A DNA stretch of 63,895 nt, counting the filler, from Octopus bimaculoides (lineage: Eukaryota), in the NCBI RefSeq assembly GCF_001194135.2. It is 6 parts of 6 records of this genome, joined end to end, with 100 filler letters (N's around TTAATTAATTAA, not from the genome) between each part and the next. Parts side by side here need not be neighbours in the genome. Positions count along the whole stretch, not along the records: positions 1 to 16,482 come from NC_068989.1; positions 16,583 to 30,197 come from NC_068981.1; 4 more parts are not named here. One strand, given 5' to 3'. Position 1 is the first letter of the stretch, and the number at the start of each line of letters is the position of its first letter. The position numbers and the translations under genes are program-made. Shown one piece after another: positions 13,245 through 25,309 of the stretch. Under the pieces are notes generated by a model. The model saw only the letters and a program-made list of their open reading frames with translations, was not told where the DNA came from and did not search any database.

Positions 13245-14385
13245 TACTGCGTATATTTCCTATTTGGTACTATGGCTGTTTCATTTATGAGGATGTACTT
13301 CTGTATTTGTCTGAGTGTTGGGTCCTTAGGGTGTTTGGGTAAAATGTCAAGTTGACCCAGGTTGCCTCCATGTTGGTCCTTGGCATGTTGGTAGAGTATG
13401 GAGGACAGTTGTTATCGTCATATTGCCTCAAATGTACATTTAGTCTTTCCGCAATGCTCCTAGATGTCTCTCCTATGTATGTCATGAAAATATCTTTACA
13501 AGCATCTTCTACAGTTAATGCCAGGGTTAATCCTACATACCATGCAGTTATCATTGGTGCATATGGTATCCTCAAAGGGATACGTCCTACATAGTTGTTA
13601 TCTGATGGAATTCCTTGGCTTTCAACGATCTTAATATTGAGGTTGGTCTCCTTCAGAGCTTTCCTAAATCCACGGGCTAGTTCTCCATGGGCTGTGGCCC
13701 TTACAAACATCACACCTTGATATTTGTCGGTTTGCACCACGTATTCACCATGTTTGCTTTTTCACAAGCTTTTTGTATTCTATTCCGGTCTTTACTTTTA
13801 TAATTATGGCAGGTACCACTGGTTTCATAACATATAATGTTATCTAACTTCTTTCTAGCACCCCTGTATACTCGAACCCTATCTGTCTGATCATATCTAG
13901 AGAATTTCATGCAGTGCATGAAGTTCTGTACATGTTTTTTCGTTTCATAGGGTTTGCATGGGGTTTTTCGTTTCATGGGGTTTGTTCATTATCCTAACTA
14001 AGTTTGCTATCAGTGTGTTAATTTTCATGTTGTGTGACAAAGCTGAAGTCTTGTGAATAGCATATTTTGAAGCTATGGGTTTTATGTAATAGGTGTGGAG
14101 GAGTTGCACTCTGTTGTTCACAGACTCTAATCAAAGTTCAGTATCAAAGACGGGGAGTCTATTGTTGGGGTGCCTAGTGGGGTAATTTATAGTTACCTTG
14201 ATACTTTGGTGGATGGAGTTAGCTACTTGCTGGATGCTCTCCATTATGTTCCTCTCAGTTTCTACACTACCGTTACTAGAGTTGATATTAATACTTTCTT
14301 TTTTATCATTTCATTATATGTAAACCCCCTCATTTTATATCTGAGTTTGTACTGTCCCCCTCTTCCTTCGCTCTTCTGGCAAATA
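13245..14385 (-). mobile_element. Penelope-like element (RT thumb, Cys linker, GIY-YIG), frameshifted
   Basis: Reads VANSIHQSIKVTINYPTRHPNNRLPVFDTEL...HTYYIKPIASKY, then CTNDNCMVC...NCR, then YIGETSRSIAERLNVH...HPKDPTLRQI. Resembles the Neptune-type layout. Confidence 0.85.
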
Positions 14386-14391
14386 GATGAA

Positions 14392-14410
14392 ATCATCATC
14401 ATCATCATCA

Positions 14411-14490
<80 letters not shown>
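14392..14490. repeat. Compound triplet array (ATC)n-(ATT)n-(GTT)n
   Basis: Direct reading. Confidence 0.95.
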
Positions 14491-14491
<1 letters not shown>

Positions 14492-14910
14492 ACATTGTGA
14501 TCTCATATCAAGATAAACAATGCAGGTCCTTGCAAGTGGGACCAAGTTAGAATTTTCTTCCCAGTCAAATGGTCTTTGAATAAAGGTTGTTTAAGGATGT
14601 TGAACGAAACACCAATGTCTCCAGAGGTGAAATATTCAAACACCAAAGAATTCCTCTCATGGCCTTGATTCTCCCCCACTACTTCTGCGCATGATCAGAA
14701 AAGTACACATCGTTAGCCACGAAAGGACATGCTCAACTGGTTAAGGTCAAACAACTGACAAGCAAATCTGTTGTATTGAGCAGAATATTTGCTGTAGCCC
14801 ATCTTTTATACCAAGACAAAACAATGTACGTGATAAAACTTCCAATCAGTTAGATGAGAAGCAATGTGAGCCAGTTCCTGGTACTGCATCAGGTCATTTA
14901 TTATTATTAT

Positions 14911-15095
14911 TAGCGGTATTTCGTCTGCTGTTACGTTCTGAGTTCAAATTCCGCCGAGGTCGACTTTGCCTTTCATCCTTTCGGGGTCGATTAAATAAGT
15001 ACCAGTTACGCACTGGTGTCGATGTAATCGACTTAATCCGTTTGTCTGTCCTTGTTTGTCCCCTCTATGTTTAGCCCCTTGTGGTCAATAAAGAA

Positions 15096-15157
<62 letters not shown>
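14911..15157 (+). mobile_element. SINE family B (tRNA-derived), 5'-truncated, with (ATT)n tail
   Basis: GAGTTCAAATTCC B-box and GAGGTCGACTTTGCCTTTCATCCTTTCGGGGTCGAT core shared with the other family B copies in the window. Confidence 0.9.
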
Positions 15158-15184
15158 CACTAATATTAAGTAGTCTTATTTTTA

Positions 15185-16441
15185 TTATGTACTTTCACTG
15201 CCTATACCGTTGTTTTGTCTGTTTTTATTCTATAGTGCTGGTATAATTTGTATATAGGTCCCAATATATAGTGCATATAGGTCCCAACTCTGCCGTGTCT
15301 GTGAATATATTCCTTCTTAGCCAGGACTGGGCAGCCAGAGACAATATGATCTATTGTTTCTTCTCCATCTCCACATGTTCTGCAGATACTTGTATTTCTT
15401 TTCATTACATATTTTGGTAATTTCTGGTGGGAAGGCTTTGATCTTGTGCTGCAATTAAAAATCCTTCAGTCTCTGCTTTGAGTCCTGAACTTCTCAGCCA
15501 TTGTTGGGATTTTACTTTGTTTCTTTTCTGTTTAGTTTAACCTGGTATTTGTCATGAAGGGGCTTTATCATGATCCGTTGCTGTTCCAGATTTAGTTTGG
15601 ATTTCAGTTGTTTTACAGCTTTTGTTGTTCTTTCTTTTTCTTCATAATTGTTAGGTACTATAACTTCTTTTTTTTTGTATTTGTCAGCTTCCTTAAAGAC
15701 TGAAAGCAGTTTTTTGTTTTGTTCGTGTTTTGCATTAGTTTTCCTTGCTTCTGATGTAGGTATGTCTGTAGTCCTATGGTGCTTATTTTGTAATAGTTTT
15801 TGTTTTTTTAGCTGTATAAGGTCTCTACCACCTTCGATACGTTGTATATATAAGCTTTCTATGTCAGATTGTGGGTGGTGCATCCTAAATCCCGTCATTA
15901 TTTTTCTTGCTTATTTTGATTAGTTCCTTTAGAGTCCAGTTAGGAATATTGTAGCTGTAACTTATAACTGCGACGGCTAGAATGTTGATACCTATTATCT
16001 TGTTGTTTTTTTTTGCATTGAGCTCTGTTTTCAGTATTAATCTAATTCATCTATAGCATTCTTGTCTTATCTTCTCTTTCATTTGTGTTGTATCATATCT
16101 AGTTCATTGATTCCTAACTATTTGTATGTCTGGCTTTGGTTTAATTCTCTTATTTCATTTGTTTTATTTAGTGTGATGTTGCTACTCTTTACTAGTTTTC
16201 CACTTTTCAGGGTTGCTTTGGCACATATTTCTAATCCAAATTTCATGTTTATTTCTTTGTTAAATCCATATACTGTCTGTAGTAATGTTTCCAGTTGTTT
16301 ATCATCTGTAGCATACAGTTTTAGATCATACATATATAAGAGGTGGCTGATTGTTTTCCGTAACAATTGTGTCCACATCTAGTGCTGTTTAGCATGTCAG
16401 GTAAAGGTGTCAGTGCCAAGCAGAAAAAGGAGTGGGGAAAG
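15185..16441 (-). mobile_element. R4/Dong-like non-LTR retrotransposon fragment (RT + CCHC), decayed
   Basis: Reads SPLLFCLAL...ISHLLYMYDLKLYA (YMDD mutated), MKFGLEICAK, HHPQSDIESLYIQRIEGGRDL, LKAETEGFLIAAQDQSLPTRNY, CRTCG-EETIDHIVSGCPVLAKKEYIHRH. Confidence 0.85.
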
Positions 16442-16482
<41 letters not shown>

Positions 16483-16582
16483 NNNNNNNNNNNNNNNNNN
16501 NNNNNNNNNNNNNNNNNNNNNNNNNNTTAATTAATTAANNNNNNNNNNNNNNNNNNNNNNNNNNNNNNNNNNNNNNNNNNNN
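16483..16582. other. Artificial scaffold join (44N-TTAATTAATTAA-44N)
   Basis: Same 100-bp pattern at 30198-30297, 36303-36402, 55491-55590 and 62550-62649. The spacer has stops in all six frames. Confidence 0.95.
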
Positions 16583-17644
16583 ATATATATATATATATAT
16601 ATATACGTATAGATGTGTGTACATATACATATGTATATATGCATTTATATATATATTATTATATGATTGAATGCCACACATCTTCTTCCAAGTAAGTCTT
16701 ATCTTAGTAATTCTGATGTGCACTCTATACGATCTTTTTACTCTTTCGTTTTTCTCTCTTTTTCTTTCTCTTATTTTTTTACCTCTTCTTCTCCCACTAT
16801 TCTAACCTATTACTCTGTCACTCTCTCTCCCTCACTCCTCATCTCTTTCTCACATGGCTCCCACGTGACCATCGGCCATTTTTCTTTCTTTCTCTCCGTT
16901 GTAGCTGGAACAAGAAGACGTGTTCTTGTTTGACTCCTGTCCTAGCTTGATTTATGTGTTCACCACCACAACCTCGTTTAGGCTTAGCAGCCCTTCCTGT
17001 TTGTTTTCACTGTCCTGTTCGTGTTATCAATTTTGACCCTCCGCAAAATCCCAAATTTTATTTAATTTGCTATGCAGGAACAACTGTTTTATCAAAAGCA
17101 TATATTGTTGTTAAATGCTCAAAATATGAGACTAGAAAAACTACCAACAACTGATGAAGGGTCATTCTTTATATTGTTTGTTTTGTTTTCCATTTGTGTC
17201 TTTCATTGTTTGAAAGAATAGTTCATGTTCCATATAAAAAACACTTTATTGAAATAAAAAGTTACCCCAAAATTAAGCAAATACAAACATATATATATAT
17301 TTTATATAAAATACATTTTATTGAAATAAAAAAGTTTCACCAAAATTAAACATATAGAAACTGACACACACAAACATATGTGCACATATATATACATACA
17401 ATTCACCCACATACATACTCACACAGACACACAAATATTTTACACAAACATGCCTATAAACACTCCCAAATTCAGCAGCTGACCCAAGCAATTTTGGTTG
17501 AATAGGTTTATCTTTTGATATCTTGTGTCACTAAAGTGTAGAAAGTAAGTTTTTTTCACTTTTTGAAAGACCATGTAGATTTTTAAAAAATACTTCAAGG
17601 TGACCACCTTTATGAAATGTCGCAGTGTAAAATATGTCTCTGTT

Positions 17645-17714
17645 GAGCGTGGTGCCCCCTTAGGCATGGAGCCCGATTGGGAGCAATCGATCCAATTGGC
17701 TTAAGGCCAGATCT
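17645..17714 (-). mobile_element. hAT-like MITE terminal fragment
   Basis: Reverse complement CAGATCTGGCCTTAAGCCAATTGGATCGATTGCTCCCAATCGGG resembles CAGGGCCGG-type hAT termini from memory. The partner end was not found. Confidence 0.35.
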
Positions 17715-17737
17715 GCATAGCGGCATTAGTTGGAAGA

Positions 17738-18310
17738 TGGAAGTCTTGAAAATACTTGGATGGGCTGGTGCACTTGTGGACTTATTGAATAAGGGTGTTT
17801 GGTGCTGCTGATATCTGTGCAGGTGGACAAAGGTTTGAGTCTTTAGGTTTCTGGTCCTTCCACTCCTGCTCTGTAGTTGTGAGACCTGGACACTCTCAAG
17901 GGCCCTTAGGAGCCACCTGAACTCCTTTGATACCAGGATGCTTCACAAGATTAGATTTACCATTGCATAGATTTCATATCCAGCCAACATCTCTGCTTAG
18001 AAATTGGGATGTATCCTGTTGCTTGTATGATTCAGGAGTGCCAGCTCAGACTGTTTGGCCATATTGCTTGATTTTCCGAGTTAGAACCTGCTTACCATGT
18101 TCTGTTCACTAAGGATGTGGCTGGGTTGACGACTTGTGTTGGTTGACCACATGCCACATGATCACGGCAGATGAGGAGTTATCTCGTGAAGATAGGGAAT
18201 GACTGGGACTCTGTTCAATGGGTCACTAGGGAGGCGCCAGAAATATGCTAACAAATGGTGAATGCAGTAACATGCAATGATATATGTCTCCACACCTGAC
18301 CCTGAGTGAG
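17738..18310 (+). mobile_element. RTE/RTE-X LINE 3' fragment
   Basis: Reads TKV*VFRFLVLPLLLCSCETWTL...QLRLFGHIA*FSELEPAYHVL...QMVNAVTC, with stops. Confidence 0.8.
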
Positions 18311-19901
18311 ATTGCACCTGGAACACCATGATTATGGAGTGAACTTGCACAACTCTGCTTGTACAAATAATAGTTGCATTTCTTGTTTGCTGTTTAAAAT
18401 ATTCTTAATTTTATTTAAAACAATACAAGTAGATGAGAGAAAAAAACATTAGAAAGGGAAATTTTCTGCAAAAAGGAAGAAACAAATCAAATAAATAAAA
18501 AAAGAAAGACAAATCTTACTACAAGATTTCAAGTTGGTATTTGTGGTTAAACATAGTTTAGTGGAGAGGAAATAGACAAAAGGTTGACTTCCTTCAATGT
18601 TTTACTCCCTCTTGACCCTAACACTTTAGATTAAGTGAAACGTGTCACCCACGCATGCACACACACACACACACACACGAATACATTATATATTTAATAT
18701 ATAAACGGAAATAAGAAATGTAAGTAGTACAAGTGCAACTAGTTACAGACACTAACAAAAGCAAGCTTAGCTCTGTCGTTTAAATTTAGATATTAAAAAG
18801 ACATTTAAGCAATATTCTTTATCTATTAGAATGTTGATGATTAAAAATAAATAGGTAAAGAAACCTACATTTTCTGTTTTGTTTCTTACATGTTTACCTG
18901 GCCCTTATGATTTACATTAGAAATAGGATCATAGGTATTCTTCTAAAGTTTACATGTATGTGAAACATTAACAATCAACTTGGCTTTCAGAATCACTTTC
19001 TTTAAAGCATATTTTTCCTTAAATCATTTAAAGTGGCTGTCATTTCAGCAAGATTATCGATTTCAACTCATGGAAGGATATTATTAAAGAGTTCTTGTAA
19101 GCTGATAATTCACACAACTACTTCACTGTATATTTAAAGTGCCAAATTATAGTTAATCTAGAAACATTGGAACTTTAAAACTTTCATTAGAGAGCCTTCG
19201 TAATTAAATGTTTTCATAGTTTGGAACCAATAATTTGGAAACACATTTGGAAATGTTCAAGAAATCTAATTAGATATTGATCAATTAATGAATGTATGTG
19301 TTTGTATGTATATATATATATATATATATATATACNNNNNNNNNNNNNNNNNNNNNNNNNNNNNNNNNNNNNNNNNNNNNNNNNNNNNNNNNNNNNNNNN
19401 NNNNNNNNNNNNNNNNNNNNNNNNNNNNNNNNNNNNNNNNNNNNNNNNNNNNNNNNNNNNNNNNNNNNNNNNNNNNNNNNNNNNNNNNNNNNNNNNNNNN
19501 NNNNNNNNNNNNNNNNNNNNNNNNNNNNNNNNNNNNNNNNNNNNNNNNNNNNNNNNNNNNNNNNNNNNNNNNNNNNNNNNNNNNNNNNNNNNNNNNNNNN
19601 NNNNNNNNNNNNNNNNNNNNNNNNNNNNNNNNNNNNNNNNNNNNNNNNNNNNGTATGTGTGTGTGTGTATATCTTAATCAATAGAAATGCTACAAAAGTG
19701 ACTCTGTGACCAAGATTTTCATGCATAGTTTTATCACACTAACTTCAAAATCAAGAATTCATTCATTATATGGGGAAAATTACAATGCTTCAGGTATGTT
19801 CAATTAAAAGTTGATATTGGAGAATCCTGTGATAATCAGTAGATTTCGAAATCTGCCTCTTAAGCAAAGGGTGAGAGTAAAAGAAAATGTATAAATTGTA
19901 A

Positions 19902-20040
19902 TCTTAGTATATAAAGCTGAAGTTGTGTGTCTGTGTGAAGCCTTTTTAAAAGTTTATAGAAATCCACATTTTCCACTTTTTCGTAAAATTTTTTACATCA
20001 ATGGAATTTTCTCAATGTGAGCTTTCTAGTGCAGTAATTA
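19902..20040 (+). mobile_element. Helitron-like 5' end fragment
   Basis: A|TCTTAGTATATAAAGCTGAAGTTGTGTGTCTG has the TC start after A and the TATATAAA typical of Helitron 5' ends. Confidence 0.4.
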
Positions 20041-20064
20041 GATTTTTTAAATTCTGTTTACTTT

Positions 20065-20400
20065 GTGCAATCTTTCAGGATGACAATGCACCAATTCACA
20101 CAGCTAAAGTTGTTACTGAATGGCATGAGGAACATTCTAGTGAAGTTGAACATCTTATCTGGCCACTACAGTCCCGAGTTCTCAATATTATTGAATATTT
20201 ATGGTGCATCACTAGAAGAACTGGAGACTGTTTTAGCTGAAGAATGGACAAAAATTCCTTTGGAAACAATTCAAACTTAGTATGAATCTATACCTTTTAG
20301 AATTCAAGCTGTAATATCTGCCAAAGGCGGTCCTTCCCCATATTAAAATAAATTTGTTTGAAATTTTAAGGTGTTTCCATTATTTTGTCCAACTTTTGTA
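20065..20400 (+). mobile_element. Tc1-superfamily transposase C-terminus and right end
   Basis: Reads IFQDDNAPIHTAK...WPLQSRVLNIIEYLW...EEWTKIP...RIQAVISAKGGPSPY*, then a TIR-like ATTATTTTGTCCAAC..TA. Confidence 0.85.
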
Positions 20401-20519
20401 TGTGTGTGTGTATATATATATATATAAATATATAAGTATTGTGTATGCATGTGTGTGTATATGTATATATATAAATATGTGTGTATGTGTATGTATATAA
20501 ATATGTGTGTATATGTGTA

Positions 20520-20612
20520 GTTATAACATTTACTTCATAACTCTGTGGTTTCAGGTACAGTCACCATGTGTGACATCTTGGGCAAGTATCTTTTACTATA
20601 GCCCTGGGCACA
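20520..20612 (+). mobile_element. SINE family A 5' fragment (decayed)
   Basis: CTTGGGCAAGTATCTTTTACTATAGCC CORE-like block. Confidence 0.6.
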
Positions 20613-20704
20613 CATACACTGTCAAGTATATGTGTGCGTGTGTGTGTGTCCATGCATGCACATCTATATGTGTATACATACATATATGTATATATATATA
20701 TATA

Positions 20705-21020
20705 TATATTGTCCTTAGTCGAAAGACACCTGTTGTTATGTCCTGTTATTTGTATTTGTGTAACCTCTGTTTTTTTTTCTGTCCTTGTTTTTGTATACAT
20801 TCGCTGCTTTTTTCCTAGGAATCTCATGCTCTTAGCTTAGTTTTTCCTTGGGGCTGACCAGATTGGTGCAATCTCGAGTATAATCAGCTGAAATTGCAAA
20901 GATAATCTGGAACTCAACTGAGGATAGAAAACCCGAATGACCCATCCTTGTTTTCTTTGTATCGTCTATCTGGACGTTTTGTTGTCCCTTTCTTGTATCA
21001 CCTAACTGTCTGGATGTTTT
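20705..21020 (-). repeat. Interspersed repeat (family G), CpG-decayed copy
   Basis: Reverse-complement match to 5790-5908. Confidence 0.75.
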
Positions 21021-21322
21021 GCATTCTTGTCCCATGTTGTATTTATATATATATATATGTATATATATGCACATAGAATACTTATTCAAATTCATTACTT
21101 TTTATGTATAGTTTTGGAGGGGCCTCCCTTAGTAATATTGGTGTACAGTCACATATGCATGCACACACACACATGCATACGCACACTTGATAACAGGTTT
21201 CTGCTCAGCTTCCATTTTCAAAATTTCACATCTAAAACATGTCTGTAGTAGCAGATACTTACCTGGAGTGGGATAGAGTCTTGTGATTGTGAAGTAAACT
21301 TGTTCACCAAATAGTAATTCTT

Positions 21323-21372
<50 letters not shown>

Positions 21373-24300
21373 ATATATATGTGTGTGTGTGTGTGCGTAA
21401 TGAATAAGAATAAAGAGTAATGGAAAATCAATAGTTTTCTTTTTTGGCAAAAGCCAGGAAAAAACAGAATGTATCAGGAAATATTATCAGAAAATTGTCA
21501 ATGCCAGGCATAAATCTGGAAAAACAATTTTACAATTCAACACCGGTTCAAATACACAGTGTTGTTTTCCTGGTACAAAATATATTTTTGTTGCTTTCAT
21601 AGAAGTGTTTTTTCTTTCCAACTCTCATGTTTCTATATTATTTTTGCAACCTATTTATAAGTCTTGTTCGTTTGGGATATGTGTGTGTGTGTGTGAGAGA
21701 GAGAGTAACATTGTGGTAAACACAACAGGATTTACTATAAGTGTAGTTTTGGAAGATCAATTTAGTGTTAACATTTATTGTAGGAAGCTCTTAAAATTTT
21801 ACTAGAAATAATTTATTTATTTATTTACATGATTTCTTTTCAGCAAGTATGGGAGACATCTCCAGATTTGTTTTAATCTTATTATGGACTCATCAGTGAA
21901 CCATTCACTTCTTTGCACTTGCCTCAGTAGTGATGGAAGAAGAATTATGTCAATGTACATCATTGTATATTTGTTGATATAAAAAAATAATTACTTAGAG
22001 AATAAACAACACAGATCATACTATTTACATAGTATTGATTTTGCTCAATTGGATTCATTAATGCTAATTATACCTGAAGTTTAGTTCATGTAATAATCAA
22101 AATATGAACATTTTTAGTTTGTGTAGTTCTGTTTATTAAAATATTGCTAATCAAAACAATGCTTGTACTAGCAGGACCTGTTAATATTTCATGGAATTAA
22201 TGGTAAACCCATTGGGTTATTTCTGAAAACTTTATCCAAAAGACCTGAAAGTATAGCCTGTGTTGTGTCTGTATGGAAAGATAGTCACTCATCTGCTACT
22301 CATTGAAAAGTGAAATAAATTGGAATATGATGATTACTTAATGCACTTTATATATACACTCTATATACTTTATGCACAATTTTATAGACTTCAAACACAG
22401 CACTCATAAAATAAATATTCACTCTTATTTTTCCATTTCCCCCATAAAGAAAAAAAACATATCTCGTATATATGATACAACCTTTAGTTAAATTACATAT
22501 ATCTGCCACATAAATAAGCATGAATAATTCACAGAGTTGCACTTATGCACATGTGTTTAGTGATAGGTGATATAAAAAAACTTAGTTCAATAAAAAAAAA
22601 AAGCATTTTTCACTCTCACCTACACCATCACCACTTCCACCACCACCTCTTTCCCCCTCTCTCCGTCATTCTTTAACCACACCGTCAGAACGTCACCCCT
22701 CTGCTAAAATTATATTTTTAACTCTCTTCCTCTGTGCCCTCACTACATACAACTAAATTTTTAAACCATATAATAAATATTATTTTCCCCCCTACCTCAC
22801 ATCATGGACACTTCTCTCACTTTTTTCTCTCCCTCTCTCTGTCTCACTCTTCACCTTATCCTTGTTTTCTTTCTCCTTTTCTTCTCCTCTCTTTCCCTTC
22901 AACTAATCACGTGAAAGCGTTACAATTACATTCCCTCTGCCTCACATCATGCATGCTTCTCCCTCCCTCTTTTTCTCTCTCCTTTTCTTTTCTCTCCCTT
23001 TTTCTCTAGTCACATGAACGCATTACTGATGGGTAAAGAAATGGAATGACAAGCAGAATTATTATAAGATTGTTAGGTGACTGTGTTCTCTAGATGTGTA
23101 AAGATTGTATTTATTGTCTTTTTTTATATTCTCATATAAAGATTCTTAATTTATTGAAATATGGTTAATAGAAATCAACTACCCCAAGTTCTTTTTAGTT
23201 TTTTTTATCTAAATGGTATTGAAAGTAATCTATATATAATGATTAACAGAGTATATTTACTCTTGAGGTTTGAAGATAAAGGTGAAGTTAGAGGCTGTTA
23301 TATGATAGATAGAGAGGGAATGAGTGAGCTATAGTAGAATTAAAATGAACTAGTGAATCTCATGAAAATTCCATGGGTTTAGCTAGTTATTACATTTGTA
23401 ACAATTACTGTAATATATTTATAATATATTTGACATGAAGGCATCTTTAGTTATACTGTGACAACTGCTTAACATTTACATATGTATATGTATATTTACA
23501 TACACACATATATATTTAATTTTTGCATACACATATACTGACATACATAAATATATACCTGTACAGGTCTTAGCATTTTTTCATTTCATGTAGTGAACTA
23601 ATCATGCCATTAGAAGACATTAGAACTCAATGCAGTCCTCTGACTCATCAGATTCTATTGAACTGTCCAACCTATACCAGTATGGAAGACAATCTTAAAT
23701 GATGATGATTATAATGACCATACACTTGGAAAGGACTTCAAACACAAAGAGAATGAGATAACTAAAGACACAGTGATGTCACAAACTTTGCTTCTTTTCA
23801 TATACTTCCTTATCCCTTTCCCCTTCGTATGTAAATTTTCATGTCACTTCATCCTTACAATTGCTCTTTCTCTTGTATGTTCACTTTTACTCAATGTTTC
23901 ACTTCTTAGAATTCCCTCTTTCTCTCTCTGTATCTCTCTCCAGCCCCACCACTTCTTACATTAAATTCCTTTCACTTGACACACAAATTCGATAGGAATG
24001 TACTTATTGTATTAATATATAATGTACTTATTATATTAATATATAGATATATGTGAATGGAAGGATGACATTTATTGAAGCATTAGAATAATTTATTCTT
24101 ATTATTCTAATTACTTTCTTCTTTTCATTCTAATTACTGCTGTTATATTGAACTAAGTCTCATTAATTTAAACCTTAACATTGACATGTTTCTCACTTGG
24201 GAATACTATTCCCACATATGTCATTCTAAGTTGCAAGTTGATCCATATTTATATTCCTTTCTTTACCTTGAAGATACATGATCACTCACCAGTACAAGCT

Positions 24301-24642
24301 GTCTTAATATCCCACATTCCATCTGCCTTTTATTTTCCACACTCGTTTATTTAAAACAGTTACACTTTCTTTACATTTCATTTGTCCTTTTTCCATACAC
24401 TTTTTTTACTCAGATTCTCTGCCTATGATAACTATCTCTTATTTTCTGACCAAACTGACCCCTCTTTGATATTCCCCCACCCAACCCCCACACACCAATT
24501 TCTTTGCTATCAAATGCAAATACTGTGATGTGGCAGTTGTGATTAGTAAACAAGTTGTTATGGCACATTCTAATCAAGATTTGTAAACAGGATAAATGAT
24601 TGAACATTCATGACTCATGTCTCTCTTTTTCTCCTATAAAAT

Positions 24643-25309
24643 TAATTCCAGTTTCGTTTTTGGATTTGGTTTGCAAGATTCTTCATGTGAGTTCGTGTGT
24701 TGAAGCATATTCTGTTGTACGCAAATGGAGACTGAAACACATGACCATATATACACACACATACACACACACACTTTACTTCACACAAGGACACATATAG
24801 GGACACATGTCCACACATATGGAGATGCACATCCATACATACAAACACGGTACATAGTTGCAAAACACGCACACACACACACTCAGACATGCACACACAA
24901 GGAAACAGAGGTACATACATATACAAACACATGCATTCACACATACATAAAAAACACATGAATATGCAGAATACACACATACAGATGCACACACATACAA
25001 ACATATATACATATGCACACACACACACACATATGCATACACACACATGTATACATACATGTATGCATAAGCACACACACACACACACACACACACACTG
25101 ACCCACACACATGTGCACAAACAAACAAAAAGGAACACAGTCTAAATAACAGAGAGAGTCAAGACTATTGAAAAGGTTGCAAGACACAACGAAAAGTTTA
25201 GGAAAATATAGATAAAAAATAAGTGGAAATTTTACCAGTGAGTGTGTTAAATTATAAGGCACAAAAAGAAAATTACTCTCCCCAGACACAACATAATAAT
25301 TCCAGTTTC
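24643..25309 (-). mobile_element. Family F insertion with internal inversion and 13-bp direct flanking repeat
   Basis: TAATTCCAGTTTC at 24643-24655 and 25297-25309. Segment 24651-24716 is co-linear with 12436-12500; segment 24717-25295 is inverted relative to 12495-13033. Confidence 0.8.

Noticed and set aside
14500-14895. Segment recalled as an abundant octopus interspersed repeat
   Set aside because: Single copy in this window with no diagnostic ends, so it cannot be supported from the sequence alone.
16527-16538. Palindromic TTAATTAATTAA recurring five times
   Set aside because: Always centred in 100-bp N blocks; an assembly spacer, not biology.
21245-21265. Perfect minus-strand donor CAG|GTAAGT
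   Set aside because: Arises inside a decayed SINE-A remnant, and no matching acceptor or open exon was found.
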